This document shows, piece after piece, positions 41,642 to 52,170 of a stretch of 64,000 nucleotides of DNA (positions are counted from its first letter, which is position 1; every line of letters starts with the position of its first letter). The notes beneath the pieces are model-generated. The model worked only from the letters and a program-made list of their open reading frames with translations, was not told the origin of the DNA and did no database searches. The position numbers and the translations under genes are program-made. Source of the DNA: a virus; IMG/VR virus record IMGVR_UViG_3300032282_006300, positions 59,831 to 123,830 of that record, one strand, 5' to 3'.

Positions 41642-43494
41642 TAGACAGCCCCAAAAGTATATTCTGATTTTTCAGTTGGTTTGAGGTCTCCATAAACTGC
41701 ATAAGCATTATCTGGCAAAAAGATACTTTTAGTTGCTCCAGAAGAGGTAATAAAAGTTTCAATTACGTTTGTCGAATCAGTTGGGTCAATGCGTTGAATT
41801 CCAATGTTGTATGTATCACGACTTCCGTAAGAAAAACCACCACCAATATCTGATGCATCAATAAAACGAACGGCATCTACTCCGGAAACGTTGTGTACAA
41901 TTTGCAAAATATCAGAGGCTTGAACAGTTTTTCCCACACCATTTGTTGTTAAAAACTTTCCAAGAGCAGTTCCAATATTTGTATTTGTATCTTCAATTGT
42001 TTGAGTTTGGTCATAAATAATAGCAAAACTAAAACGCAAAGACCATTTAACAGCCTGGTGTACTAAAGCATCTACCCCGACCAAACGCCAACTGTCAATA
42101 TTTGCTTGAATAGAAGCAGGCACTTCATTAAAAACATAATTATTAAAAGAACCCACAACAAAATGATCTGAATTTCCTGGATACGTTTGAGAAGCATTCC
42201 ATTCCATACCAAACAAAGATGTCGCACTATACCCATTTGCTGTTTTTAAATGAATAATATTGTAAGCATTTAAAAGATTTGATGAAGTTGCCGCTCCGGT
42301 GCCTGAAGCACCGCGTCGCCAATAAGTTTTTGCATTACAGGTAATACTGTCAGGCAATGTTGTAATAGGTCCGTAAGAAAGAGGAATAAAAATATTATTT
42401 GCGTCTGGAAGATCTCCATTTAAACGTTCCCAGTCCTCAACAAAATAAGTGCTTCCGGGAGAAGAATCATTGAAGACTTTTGTGTTTTTAAAATATACAT
42501 CTTGTCTTGCATATCCAGCACGTTCACCAGCAACCCAAATATCGACTTTGTTTACAATTCCGTTTTCTGGATCATTTCGAGAAGAAATTGGAACATATTC
42601 AAAAGATAGATCTGCTATGTCAAGATTGGAAACCAAAGCGGAATTAATATCGGTAACTTTAAGGTCTTCGGGGTCACTGCGATCCCAAACATAATCAACA
42701 TTTTGAATTAAAAGATTTGTGTCTGCTGAGTCAATATTAACGCCAAAAAATACATTAAATGGGTATGCATATTTGCATCCTTCCAATGTACTGTTTGCTT
42801 CAAAATCTACAACTTGAACTTTTTCTTTACGACGTTTAGAAGAACCCAAAACAATTGCAGAAGTTACTTGTGGATCGGAGTTTGCCAAACCTAAATAATT
42901 TTGTTCAGTTCCATTTAAAGAACGAAAAACGGTTGCTTTCCAGCGAGTACGTAATTCGCTATCAGATTCAGCATCTGAACCATTCGAAATTGCTGCCGAA
43001 TTATTGACACTAATTCCAGAAGAAATAGGTGATGGGATAAGTGTAATTTCATTAGCGCCAACGTTTCCAACACTGCCGCCCAAAACGCATTGAACAGACG
43101 CTTCTTCGAAGCCGTCGCCAACCCCCATTCTTACAGCACCGGTTGTTTGAAAAATAACAGCGCCACCAGCAGTTGCAACTTGGGTTCCAAAAGGAATGTC
43201 CACAATTGTAGTGGTAACTGAGCGAGTAAAAGTAACTTTTCCAGTTGAACGTTTTTCAGTTAATCGCGCAATACCGAACAATTGCGTAAATTGATCTAAA
43301 TCTCCAGCAGTTTTGGTGTCAATATCATAGTTATATGAAATAACATGATTGTCGACATATGCTTGAGAAATAGCGTAAGCAACAGAATCAATAATTTTGC
43401 GAGCAGGAGTGCCAACAGATGTATCTAGTTCTGGATCCAAAACTCTAAGGTTGTTTAAGATTTGTTCAGAAACTTGATCTAAAGTAACGGCCAT
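41641..43494 (-). CDS. Baseplate J-like protein
   Basis: LDQF...GIARL, GSVGNV, NGSDAESDSELRTR, VSGVD. Confidence 0.9.
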   Translation of the reverse strand: MAVTLDQVSEQILNNLRVLDPELDTSVGTPARKIIDSVAYAISQAYVDNHVISYNYDIDTKTAGDLDQFTQLFGIARLTEKRSTGKVTFTRSVTTTIVDIPFGTQVATAGGAVIFQTTGAVRMGVGDGFEEASVQCVLGGSVGNVGANEITLIPSPISSGISVNNSAAISNGSDAESDSELRTRWKATVFRSLNGTEQNYLGLANSDPQVTSAIVLGSSKRRKEKVQVVDFEANSTLEGCKYAYPFNVFFGVNIDSADTNLLIQNVDYVWDRSDPEDLKVTDINSALVSNLDIADLSFEYVPISSRNDPENGIVNKVDIWVAGERAGYARQDVYFKNTKVFNDSSPGSTYFVEDWERLNGDLPDANNIFIPLSYGPITTLPDSITCNAKTYWRRGASGTGAATSSNLLNAYNIIHLKTANGYSATSLFGMEWNASQTYPGNSDHFVVGSFNNYVFNEVPASIQANIDSWRLVGVDALVHQAVKWSLRFSFAIIYDQTQTIEDTNTNIGTALGKFLTTNGVGKTVQASDILQIVHNVSGVDAVRFIDASDIGGGFSYGSRDTYNIGIQRIDPTDSTNVIETFITSSGATKSIFLPDNAYAVYGDLKPTEKSEYTFGAV

Positions 43495-43922
43495 TACAAG
43501 GTCACCGTCCTACTGATGGCAATATTGGTGCCCGAATAAGTTAACAAACTGGCCATAACGTAAATGGTGTCATAAGAGACTTTTACCGTAATGTCTTGAA
43601 CACTTTTGACAATATCTCCGGTATCTACCACTTGACGACTCCGATTTAAACCTGTCCGAATAATATTTTTATTTTGAATAGCGATATATTCTTTGAGCAC
43701 CCGGGCCACTTCTGCTTTAATTTGAAATTCCAGACTGGTGTCAATTGGCTGGCCAATAAAATTGACCAAAACCGACCCCCATTCAGGGTGAAAACGGTCG
43801 CTTTTTAAAATTTCGCCAAGTGCCAAAGCCAAATCCTGACGGATACGAGAAGCACCAGTTACGGTTTTATACCCCTGTGGCCCGACAGACAGATCTCCAT
43901 TGACTAACGCTAGGCTTTTCAT
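43494..43922 (-). CDS. gp25-like baseplate wedge protein
   Basis: RIRQDL...DRFHPEWGS, upstream of J. Confidence 0.8.
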   Translation of the reverse strand: MKSLALVNGDLSVGPQGYKTVTGASRIRQDLALALGEILKSDRFHPEWGSVLVNFIGQPIDTSLEFQIKAEVARVLKEYIAIQNKNIIRTGLNRSRQVVDTGDIVKSVQDITVKVSYDTIYVMASLLTYSGTNIAISRTVTL

Positions 43923-43933
43923 TAACGACCTCC

Positions 43934-43971
43934 TCTACCCTTTCAGGTGGCTTCTGAGGGGCCGTGACAGG
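43934..43971 (-). promoter_or_regulatory. Candidate late-promoter motif, copy 2
   Basis: CCTGTC-N21-GAAAGGGTAGA. Confidence 0.6.
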
Positions 43972-43992
43972 CCTCTAACGGGTTGGTTAGGG

Positions 43993-44349
43993 TTAAGTTG
44001 GAGCCCCAGTGGTTTCGTCTTTGATTATCCCCATTTTGTCAAGGTGGGCCAACAAATCAGAGAGGACTGTGGCCGGGTCGCCCATGCTTCCGGAGACTGT
44101 AAGGACGTCACTGTTTAGAGGGGCAACAAAAGACCAACCCCCAAATTTACGATCAATTACCCATTTTTCGTCAATATATGGCAATCGTCTCGCACGCAGT
44201 GGGTGTAAAGAAACCCGAACTTCATACCCAAAATCATCTACGCATGAGGCCGAGTTTTTTTCAGAATCCAAAGACAACACGGTTACTTGTTGAATGTTTA
44301 CACCGACGGACATGGAATTCGGGCTTGTAGGGGTAACTTCCCAAGACAT
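43993..44349 (-). CDS. Putative baseplate spike-associated protein
   Basis: Lies between hub and gp25; OB-like LPYIDEKWVI segment. Confidence 0.5.
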   Translation of the reverse strand: MSWEVTPTSPNSMSVGVNIQQVTVLSLDSEKNSASCVDDFGYEVRVSLHPLRARRLPYIDEKWVIDRKFGGWSFVAPLNSDVLTVSGSMGDPATVLSDLLAHLDKMGIIKDETTGAPT

Positions 44350-47168
44350 TAGACTCTCCTCGCGGCTTCTGCTTCAGGAGAATATCCTGGATCAGATTCT
44401 AGGTTTTTATTGTACTTATTTGTATCCAAACCGTCAACATTAATGCCACCAAAATCGGGCAATCCAATAAACGACCTAATTTGATCCGAGTCATTTTTGG
44501 GTAAGCGAGAAGGGGCGCAAATGTTAATTACGGTTCCAAAACTGCCACCTTGTCCAAATTGGAAAGTATGTGTTACACCCACAACGTAGGCTTGAAAATC
44601 CAAATATGGAATTTGAATAAGCATTCCTGGATACAATTCGGGCATAAAAGTTAGAGGAATGTCAGCAGTATATTGATAAACCCATTGCCTCATAAACAGA
44701 TATAAAGCCGCAAAAAACTCTGAACGTAGACCAACCAGTCCATCCATCATTTGAAAATCTGGCCTTGCTCCGAATTTTTTGTACACCCAGTTTTTAAATA
44801 CATCGCTATCATCTACATCAATTCCGAACAAACCTTTCATAATTGCCGGAATTTCAATAGTGGCAATGCCTAGAGTTTGAGTTCTGATGTCTGCACTACC
44901 GGTAAATGCTGGGTTTTGAGTTTCCACTTTACCTGTTGCAACATTAAGGTAGTTATACTGGCCAGCAATAACATATTGGTGTGTTACAAAAAAATCATCG
45001 CTCCAATAAACTTGAAAATCTTGTAATTCAATTGGTTCAATAATCATTTTTGCGGCGGTTCCCCAAATACCATAAAAATCAGGAAACCATGCGATAAAAT
45101 CTCCGTTGGGTGCAGAACAAAAAGATCTTTGAGTTGAAATCATCAAGTTTTGCAAAAATGGCAACAAAGGTTGGTCGTTCATTAATGCACGAATGCCGGT
45201 TAATGAAGCAGCGGCAGACTGTTCAGTTTCGCTAATGGGACCGGGGTACCACAAGGCTCCAAACAAATCGTCTTGGCCACCACCAGATCCAACATTTAAT
45301 CCTTCAGGCAAACTGACCGGAATTGAAGAATAATCGTATGAAGCAATTTTTGTAGATGGCGGGACTTTAGAAAAATAATCGGGATATTCATAACTGGTTG
45401 TTGAGGTGGTAACAAAAGAAGAATCTGTTCCTGAGCCACTAGACGCAAAATCAACATTTGGTGGAAAAAGAATGTGGGTCCAATTATCTGTTGCTACCCC
45501 CGCAGGATAACCCCTTTTTCTGGCTTGCATAGCCTTTTTGGTTCCATCGCCAATAGCAATACCTATATGGTTGTCACCTTCTTGACCACCCCGATTTTTT
45601 ACAAATAACAATGCCCCAGGAATTCTCCACAAAGGATCGGAAGAACTTTCGGGAGCCGCATAAACCGTGCCACCTTTATCTTTACAATAATTAAAAATAA
45701 TGGAAGTTTGAGGACCAAATCCAGGACTTTTACCCAAGGCTTGCCTAAATGTCCAATAAACAAGACCAGAACAATCTAAGCCTTTTGTTTTCAATTCAGC
45801 AATAGTCGCTGTTCCGTCGTGTGCTCCCCAAATATATGGAATATTTTGATTATTCAAAAGTAATGATTTTTCAAGAATTTGTGATCCGGTAATGTTTCCT
45901 GAAGAAGATCCGGGAGTAGACACACTGGAACTGGTTGTTGATTTTTTTCTAAATTCAGCAATAATAGCCCGAGCGGCTTTTACAATATTCGGATTGGGAA
46001 CATTCAGGTAATTACCATTTGCGTCTTTTTTAGCGTATTGGCCGGTTTTGCTAAATCTTTGAACAACTTGTGCAATTCTTAGCCAGTTAGGGTTATTACC
46101 GTACCGTTTTGCTCCATTTTTTCTTGCGTCATAGTAAATAAAGAATTTTCGGGTTTGATATTCGGGTGTATACCATTTATCTGTTTTGGGATATCTATCA
46201 GCATTGGTTAATTCTTGTTGAAACATGCCTAAAGACGCTTGTCCAGGATCATGGCTAAGATAATTTAAATTTGATTCACAAATGGCAACATATACGGTAA
46301 AAGCAAGAGTTTCATCATCTCTTCTTTGGTCAATACCGACATTCCAAATAGCGCTTACCGCTTTTATACGTTCTGCAGTAAAATCATAGCCACCGTATTT
46401 TCCCGGTGTTACGGTTGCATTGGAGTTTGTCCCGCTAGTTGTTGCAGTAACCGTTTTTTGAACGGGGTTAAGGATATTTGGCATTTGAGAATTAGCGGCT
46501 TCTTCTGCAGCGGCAGGAAGATCAATGGGGTTAAACATGGTTACAGGACCATTGGTGGTAATTGTAATAGTACTGGCGCTAGTACCTGTGCCATTTCCCA
46601 AAATAGTTGTTAAATCTGGTGCATCACCGTCTGCTTCTTTTTGAATAGATTGAGCAATTTCATAAGCCCAATCTAGCCATACCGAAGGAATTTTTCCAAT
46701 ATGTACTTTATTGGGGGACCAGCCAACAACTTTTTCTAAAACCGCCAAAGCCACACTGCTGGCTCCACCATCTCCGCGCCCTTGCGCACCCTGACCCAAA
46801 GCAATACGAATCATATTTTGGGTATAAGGAGCGTAAGAATCCCAGAACCAATATTGCAATCTTTTTAAAGAACAAGAAGACGAAAGGTTAATTGTAGTTG
46901 GCCACGCCGTAAACAATGGGGCCGAGTTTAAATATCCGGTAAACACCCGGACCCAAGCAACGCGTTTCATCATGACAACAATGCGATCATTAGGCATAAA
47001 TTTTTGATCATATTGCCTTTGGCGATTTTGAAGAGCAAATTCAAAGTTGCTAACACCATCACTTCGACGTTGCATACTGCCTTGAATTAGATCATCAGAA
47101 ACATCTAAAATACCGGTAGATGTTTCAATATAAACTTTGACGCCAGGAGCGTATACAAAAGTAGGCAT
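44349..47168 (-). CDS. Baseplate hub with inserted lysozyme-like and NlpC/P60 peptidoglycan-hydrolase domains
   Basis: AICESNL...SLGMFQQ; PYIWGA..GLDCSGLV...HIGI. Confidence 0.8.
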   Translation of the reverse strand: MPTFVYAPGVKVYIETSTGILDVSDDLIQGSMQRRSDGVSNFEFALQNRQRQYDQKFMPNDRIVVMMKRVAWVRVFTGYLNSAPLFTAWPTTINLSSSCSLKRLQYWFWDSYAPYTQNMIRIALGQGAQGRGDGGASSVALAVLEKVVGWSPNKVHIGKIPSVWLDWAYEIAQSIQKEADGDAPDLTTILGNGTGTSASTITITTNGPVTMFNPIDLPAAAEEAANSQMPNILNPVQKTVTATTSGTNSNATVTPGKYGGYDFTAERIKAVSAIWNVGIDQRRDDETLAFTVYVAICESNLNYLSHDPGQASLGMFQQELTNADRYPKTDKWYTPEYQTRKFFIYYDARKNGAKRYGNNPNWLRIAQVVQRFSKTGQYAKKDANGNYLNVPNPNIVKAARAIIAEFRKKSTTSSSVSTPGSSSGNITGSQILEKSLLLNNQNIPYIWGAHDGTATIAELKTKGLDCSGLVYWTFRQALGKSPGFGPQTSIIFNYCKDKGGTVYAAPESSSDPLWRIPGALLFVKNRGGQEGDNHIGIAIGDGTKKAMQARKRGYPAGVATDNWTHILFPPNVDFASSGSGTDSSFVTTSTTSYEYPDYFSKVPPSTKIASYDYSSIPVSLPEGLNVGSGGGQDDLFGALWYPGPISETEQSAAASLTGIRALMNDQPLLPFLQNLMISTQRSFCSAPNGDFIAWFPDFYGIWGTAAKMIIEPIELQDFQVYWSDDFFVTHQYVIAGQYNYLNVATGKVETQNPAFTGSADIRTQTLGIATIEIPAIMKGLFGIDVDDSDVFKNWVYKKFGARPDFQMMDGLVGLRSEFFAALYLFMRQWVYQYTADIPLTFMPELYPGMLIQIPYLDFQAYVVGVTHTFQFGQGGSFGTVINICAPSRLPKNDSDQIRSFIGLPDFGGINVDGLDTNKYNKNLESDPGYSPEAEAARRV

Positions 47169-47776
47169 TATCCATTTACCACCTTTTGCAAATCAGAAAG
47201 CGTGCTGGGTTTTGACACAGTTTGGTATTGGTTGGATGACAAATCATTCCCATTTAACTGTGGCTGGGCAGGATAAAAAAACTTGCTATCTGAATCATTT
47301 TTTGAAGAAAGATTATCGTTAAATTCAGAAGTATAAATTTTGCCATCATCTCCAGGTTCCCCAACGGTTTGAAACACAATGGTGGGGGTCCATACCATAG
47401 AACCAATGTGGTCGCCCCATTCAAACGGACCCAAAGGAATTCCTTTACGAACAAAATCTCGAGATTCAACTGTAACATTCATTACGGGCCAAACGCCATT
47501 TTCGTAAGTTGAAGTCATAGAATATTTAACATAAGAAGCAAACCAGTTGTTCATTACTCGGTATTCTTCATAACCTTTAAGCAAAATACCAATAGAAAAT
47601 TGCGCTTGACTTCTCAAATGTGGGTAAAAAGTTTTATATGTTCGACCTTGGGTCTGTTGAGCAACTTGCGCATATTCATAGGTAACAGAAGCGGTTCTTA
47701 AACGAATGGCGCTATTAAAAAGATTCGTACCTTCATAGTACGACAATGTTGTATTTAGACCGCTTCTAGGAGGCAT
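47168..47776 (-). CDS. Tail/baseplate protein, hypothetical
   Basis: TAATG-coupled ORF in the tail operon. Confidence 0.6.
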   Translation of the reverse strand: MPPRSGLNTTLSYYEGTNLFNSAIRLRTASVTYEYAQVAQQTQGRTYKTFYPHLRSQAQFSIGILLKGYEEYRVMNNWFASYVKYSMTSTYENGVWPVMNVTVESRDFVRKGIPLGPFEWGDHIGSMVWTPTIVFQTVGEPGDDGKIYTSEFNDNLSSKNDSDSKFFYPAQPQLNGNDLSSNQYQTVSKPSTLSDLQKVVNG

Positions 47777-48000
47777 TATAGGTACTCCGTATTCGTTTTG
47801 TCCAAATGTTCATCTGCAAATATCGTATTGGAAGGGTCAACTGGTGGTTGTCGTGGCACGAAAAAACGAGTGTATTCAATTTCATTAATTTCATGTGCAA
47901 TACAAGAATCAGTAAAAACAAAACCAGACATGCTGATCATTGGCCTAAATTTGTGAGGTTCGGGTGCAGAAATTGGAACATCTGAATACCATTTAGACAT
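47776..48000 (-). CDS. Small tail-operon protein
   Basis: 74 aa, abutting genes on both sides. Confidence 0.55.
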   Translation of the reverse strand: MSKWYSDVPISAPEPHKFRPMISMSGFVFTDSCIAHEINEIEYTRFFVPRQPPVDPSNTIFADEHLDKTNTEYL

Positions 48001-48612
48001 TTAAACCACCGTCTTTATAATAGTTTGTGGGCCATTATATTCAGATTCTTTCCAACCAATACCATCTGAAATTCTGTTTAAATAAGCGTCAACAGCATCA
48101 GATGCTTTAGCAGCCATGATTCCGTGACTGCTTCCTACGCCAACGGTACTTGGCGAAAGATTTTCCACAATAAAAAGATCAAGAATGTATCCGTGCGAGA
48201 ATTTACCTACGCGATATTGAACAGAACCCCCACCATCGGGATCGCTAATAGATGAGATATAAACCAAAAATTTCCAGTCTTTTGGCGGATAAGAAAAAAT
48301 TGCAGGATCTTTAGTAGGCGTTCCCGTAGAATTATTGTTACTAGATTGGTAATCCATCATATCCCGAATTTTGGCGGTAAAAGCGTTTGCGAGCCTCCAA
48401 GACAAGCCTTCTTCGTCCGGCAAAGAATGGTCTTGCCCAAAATTTCCTTCAATCATCAAATCGCCCAAAGTGGTTCCAACTACTTGGACAACACGTCCAC
48501 CCAACGTTTGAATTTCGGCAGTTTCAATTTGAAATTGCCATTGCACATTGTTTGGATCAATGCGAAATAAAATAGATGGCCCATTTTCAAATCCCAGACT
48601 TGCGACACCCAT
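48001..48612 (-). CDS. Tail tube initiator-like protein
   Basis: FRIDPNNV...IQTLGGRVVQ directly after the tape measure. Confidence 0.6.
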   Translation of the reverse strand: MGVASLGFENGPSILFRIDPNNVQWQFQIETAEIQTLGGRVVQVVGTTLGDLMIEGNFGQDHSLPDEEGLSWRLANAFTAKIRDMMDYQSSNNNSTGTPTKDPAIFSYPPKDWKFLVYISSISDPDGGGSVQYRVGKFSHGYILDLFIVENLSPSTVGVGSSHGIMAAKASDAVDAYLNRISDGIGWKESEYNGPQTIIKTVV

Positions 48613-50738
48613 TATACAGTCTTCTTACGGGGGGGATGAACGAGAGTTGCAGGAGAAATAGGTCTTGTTTTTGGTTTACCACCTCTGTCGGCTATTTTGG
48701 TTGTCTTTGAAGGATTAGAACCAGAACCATGATTATCTCTTATTTTAGTACCAGTGCTTGGTTTAATTGGGTGAACTCCACCGCTGTTGGGCAACAAAGA
48801 GAGCAATTTGGATGCTTCTGGTGTCAAACCAATTCGTCCAATAATTTCAGAACCATCAATTGTTACAGAAACTGAAGAACCTGAAGATCCAGTAGAATCG
48901 GATGTTCCACTAGCCGCCGAAGTTCCTGAATTACTGGTTCCAGCAAGTTCTGCAATTTTTTGTTCTTGTGTTGCATCTGCACCGCGTTCAGCCGCCATTT
49001 CGGCAATTGTTGCATCTTGATTGGCTTTTGTGGCGGTATTAATTTTAGCCAAAAATGCTCTTTGTTGTTCTGGTGTACTTATTTCTGCGGGCGTACTAAC
49101 TGGTGTAGTTGTACCTGATGCCCCATCGGCTCCCAAGTAATCACGAGCCGCATTGAAGGCAAGGAGGGCAGGAGAGTGATCAGCAGCCCAAGCAATCGCT
49201 TTTTTGTCTTTGTTCACTATAGAATTGACCGTTTTTTTGTCAAAGTTTACTGCAGAAGTAATCGCCTTTTTTTCAAAGTCCAGTACAGATGACAAGACAC
49301 TCTTACCTTGATTATTTTTACTTGTTAAAGGAGATGTTTTAATTCCAATGTCGCCTTTGCCTGCAATATTCATGACAATCCATGTCATTGCGGCATCGGG
49401 ATTTGCAAATGACCTACCACTCAAACCAGCGGCAACATCTTGAACAGCATCTGTGTTTTGTCCAGTTTTTTGAGCGGCATCAAAACCAATATTTGCCGCT
49501 AAAGCATCATTACCTTGAAGTTCACCGGCGCCACCTGCACTTTGAACGCCTTGTTTAACTGCTTCAACAAAAGGTGCCCCAAAAGATTCTAAAATTTGCG
49601 CTTGATCCACGGCACTGTTCATTGCCATATATTTAATTGGATCTTTTCTTTGCATTTGGATGGCTTCGACTTGACTCATGCCAAAACGAGAGGCAACCAT
49701 ATACCTTCGACTACGGCTAAACACTCCTGAATTGTCAACATTTTGTGCATAACCTCGGCCATACGATGTTGATGCTTTAGTTACAATGTTTGCAGCGGCA
49801 GTAGCCCCACCACCAAAACCGGAAGTAATTGCTGTATCCATTGTTCCCAAAAATTGTGTACGTGCCATTTGTGCATTTACACCCGCCCTACCTGCGGTGT
49901 CAGCAACTTCACCCAAAGATGCGGCTAATTTGGAAAAACTAACGTCTGCGGAGCGACTTGCTACTTGCAGGGCTTGCAAACCTTCTCCAACGGTTTGTCC
50001 ATACCTGGATTTGCCCGCATACAAAAAATCTAAAGCCGATTCTCGGTCTTGTCCATTTACAACACTTCCAATGCCAGAAGCAAACATTGATCCTACTTTA
50101 TGGCCCAAATCTTTATTTGTATCTCCGGCAAAAAAATTAGATTGAAAATTGCGTTTATTGTAACTGCTATAACCTAAAGATGTTACGCCTTTAAAAGCAG
50201 ACCTTGCTTCTTCTTCGCTAAAAACATTGGTACCACGAGCGGTTTGAGCATACATTTCTTCTTTACCGCGTTCCCAAAAACCTGCGGCATTAGATCCGCC
50301 AATCACATTTTGGTAAACTAAGTTTTTGTTTCGTTGATTGGCGGCTTCATTAAAAGTATCAAGCAACAAACCCACACCGGGAATTGATCGCCATACAGTA
50401 TCTACAAGACCTTCTTGTCTTCCCGAAGAACTTTCAGGTTTTCCTGCTCCAGTAGGCATTACAGATCCAGATCCGCCAGACCCTCCAGGTCCTCCGGAAT
50501 TTCCAGATCCGCCAGACCTTCCAGACCACCCGCCACCGGAATTTGTAGACAGAGCAGTGTTGTTGTATCCGGCATTAGTAGTCAAAACAGAGGCATTGCC
50601 ACCCATGCCAACTTTTTGCATATTACTCATACTGCCGCTGATAGAACTTAAAACATGGTTCATTTGTTGTAATTGTTGAACCAACATGTTGTTTTCTTGG
50701 GGCATCAAGCCGCCATTTTCTTCAGCCATTAAAACCAC
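48612..50738 (-). CDS. Tape measure protein
   Basis: Ala/Gly-rich helical ~705-aa ORF after the tail chaperones; likely start MAEEN at 50729. Confidence 0.75.
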   Translation of the reverse strand: MVLMAEENGGLMPQENNMLVQQLQQMNHVLSSISGSMSNMQKVGMGGNASVLTTNAGYNNTALSTNSGGGWSGRSGGSGNSGGPGGSGGSGSVMPTGAGKPESSSGRQEGLVDTVWRSIPGVGLLLDTFNEAANQRNKNLVYQNVIGGSNAAGFWERGKEEMYAQTARGTNVFSEEEARSAFKGVTSLGYSSYNKRNFQSNFFAGDTNKDLGHKVGSMFASGIGSVVNGQDRESALDFLYAGKSRYGQTVGEGLQALQVASRSADVSFSKLAASLGEVADTAGRAGVNAQMARTQFLGTMDTAITSGFGGGATAAANIVTKASTSYGRGYAQNVDNSGVFSRSRRYMVASRFGMSQVEAIQMQRKDPIKYMAMNSAVDQAQILESFGAPFVEAVKQGVQSAGGAGELQGNDALAANIGFDAAQKTGQNTDAVQDVAAGLSGRSFANPDAAMTWIVMNIAGKGDIGIKTSPLTSKNNQGKSVLSSVLDFEKKAITSAVNFDKKTVNSIVNKDKKAIAWAADHSPALLAFNAARDYLGADGASGTTTPVSTPAEISTPEQQRAFLAKINTATKANQDATIAEMAAERGADATQEQKIAELAGTSNSGTSAASGTSDSTGSSGSSVSVTIDGSEIIGRIGLTPEASKLLSLLPNSGGVHPIKPSTGTKIRDNHGSGSNPSKTTKIADRGGKPKTRPISPATLVHPPRKKTV

Positions 50739-51139
50739 TCGCTTTCAACCGTATTATTTTCGGGTACGGATACGGTGGTATCAGAAAGCAATTCTTGAAG
50801 TTTTTCGAATTCAACAAAATCATTTTCAGTTGGGGATTCCCAAGCAACACCGGAAAAATCGTAATCGGCGTTTGGATCATCAATATCTGAAGTTGTTTCG
50901 CTTGTGTTTGAATTATACAATTTTTCTACATCATAATTACCAGAAGAAACAAGACTTCGTTTAAATTCTTCAAAATTTTTCTTGTTATTGTTCAAGTCAT
51001 CTGCAAATATAAGCATAGACAAACCTAGACTTTGTACGTTAGACAACTTGACCCCCTTATATAAACCCTGACGCTCGGCTAGACGGAGTTGGCGTTCAAG
51101 CCAAGGGTCTGTGATTCCGTCCAGCCCGATGCATTTCCC
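50729..51139 (-). CDS. Tail assembly chaperone, -1 frameshift extension (GT)
   Basis: The -1 frame from GGGAAAT is open (KCIGLDGITDPWLERQLRLAERQGLYKGVKLSNVQ...) into ORF 50729..51046. Confidence 0.75.
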   Translation of the reverse strand, partial: GKCIGLDGITDPWLERQLRLAERQGLYKGVKLSNVQSLGLSMLIFADDLNNNKKNFEEFKRSLVSSGNYDVEKLYNSNTSETTSDIDDPNADYDFSGVAWESPTENDFVEFEKLQELLSDTTVSVPENNTVESEWF

Positions 51140-51627
51140 ATGCTCTCAATGACCTTTTCGGCCCGAGCCTCGAGTTGCAAATACTCCTCGTAAATTTTTT
51201 TGATCGTATAAGTATACCAACGACCTTTGACAAAATTAAAACATTGATACGCCCACGCGTAACCCAAAGTTTCTTCTTGAATAGGTGTTGGCAAACTTTT
51301 ACCATCAATAGTTTCAACACATAGGGCCGCGATTGCAGTTTCGTATGCCCGAGTTACACCAATAGTTTCTTGGTAATCTTTGGTAAGTGTGGCCACCGCG
51401 AGATATTCATCAATGGTGAGGGTGCGGATAACAAATTTGTGGCCAAGCCATTCAAATTGCGAAGTCAACGCACCAAGGTAATTTAAACCATCAAAATCTT
51501 TTGCATATTGAGGGTCAAATTCCGGAAGTTCTTCTTCCAGGATCTCTTCTTCTTGATTTACTTCACTTTCAAGAGGAGTTTCAAGTTCCTCTTTGTCCAC
51601 CGGCATGATATTTCCTTTCCCCGGCAT
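51079..51627 (-). CDS. Tail assembly chaperone (G)
   Basis: Lies between tube and tape measure; HKFVIRTLT. Confidence 0.75.
   Translation of the reverse strand: MPGKGNIMPVDKEELETPLESEVNQEEEILEEELPEFDPQYAKDFDGLNYLGALTSQFEWLGHKFVIRTLTIDEYLAVATLTKDYQETIGVTRAYETAIAALCVETIDGKSLPTPIQEETLGYAWAYQCFNFVKGRWYTYTIKKIYEEYLQLEARAEKVIESMGNASGWTESQTLGLNANSV
51133..51139 (-). other. Programmed -1 ribosomal frameshift site G GGA AAT
   Basis: X XXY YYZ slippery heptamer, in frame near the end of the chaperone gene. Confidence 0.75.
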
Positions 51628-51644
51628 CTAGCCGGTGGTGAGAG

Positions 51645-52157
51645 TTACTTAGTTAGAGATGTGTAGTGCGTGTAAGCAATCGTAATCCCCTTGGTAACAG
51701 ACAAAGCGCCAACTGTAATAGCGTCACCATCGTTAATGTCAACAACAACACAGTTATGGTAATTTTTACCACGCCAACGAGAAGGTTGGTTTTCTGTACC
51801 CGGAGGTTTGATCACTGTTTGGCAAGTAACGTAGTTAGGATCGCGAGCAAGGCGTTGGAAAATTTCAACAATGTTGTAAGTTCCACTCAAACCAGCAAGT
51901 TGTTCCCAAACCGCAGTATTCCAAAGTTCGTTGATTTGCAAACTCAAAGTTCCACCCTGCAGAACGCGGGAAGTTGCAATCTCAACTGGGTGGATTTGAC
52001 CCAATGGGTGAATAAATTGGTACGGCTGGCCGGGACCGAGGTCCGACCATGCACGCTGACCGGTGTCTTCAATAGTCTGGCAAAACGCGATCGTTTTTCC
52101 ACGATATTTAAAGGTAGTATAACCACTACCTACTACACGTACCTTAGTTTGAGGCAT
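51645..52157 (-). CDS. Tail tube protein
   Basis: 170-aa beta-rich ORF directly after the sheath. Confidence 0.8.
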   Translation of the reverse strand: MPQTKVRVVGSGYTTFKYRGKTIAFCQTIEDTGQRAWSDLGPGQPYQFIHPLGQIHPVEIATSRVLQGGTLSLQINELWNTAVWEQLAGLSGTYNIVEIFQRLARDPNYVTCQTVIKPPGTENQPSRWRGKNYHNCVVVDINDGDAITVGALSVTKGITIAYTHYTSLTK

Positions 52158-52170
52158 TTTTTATACTCCC

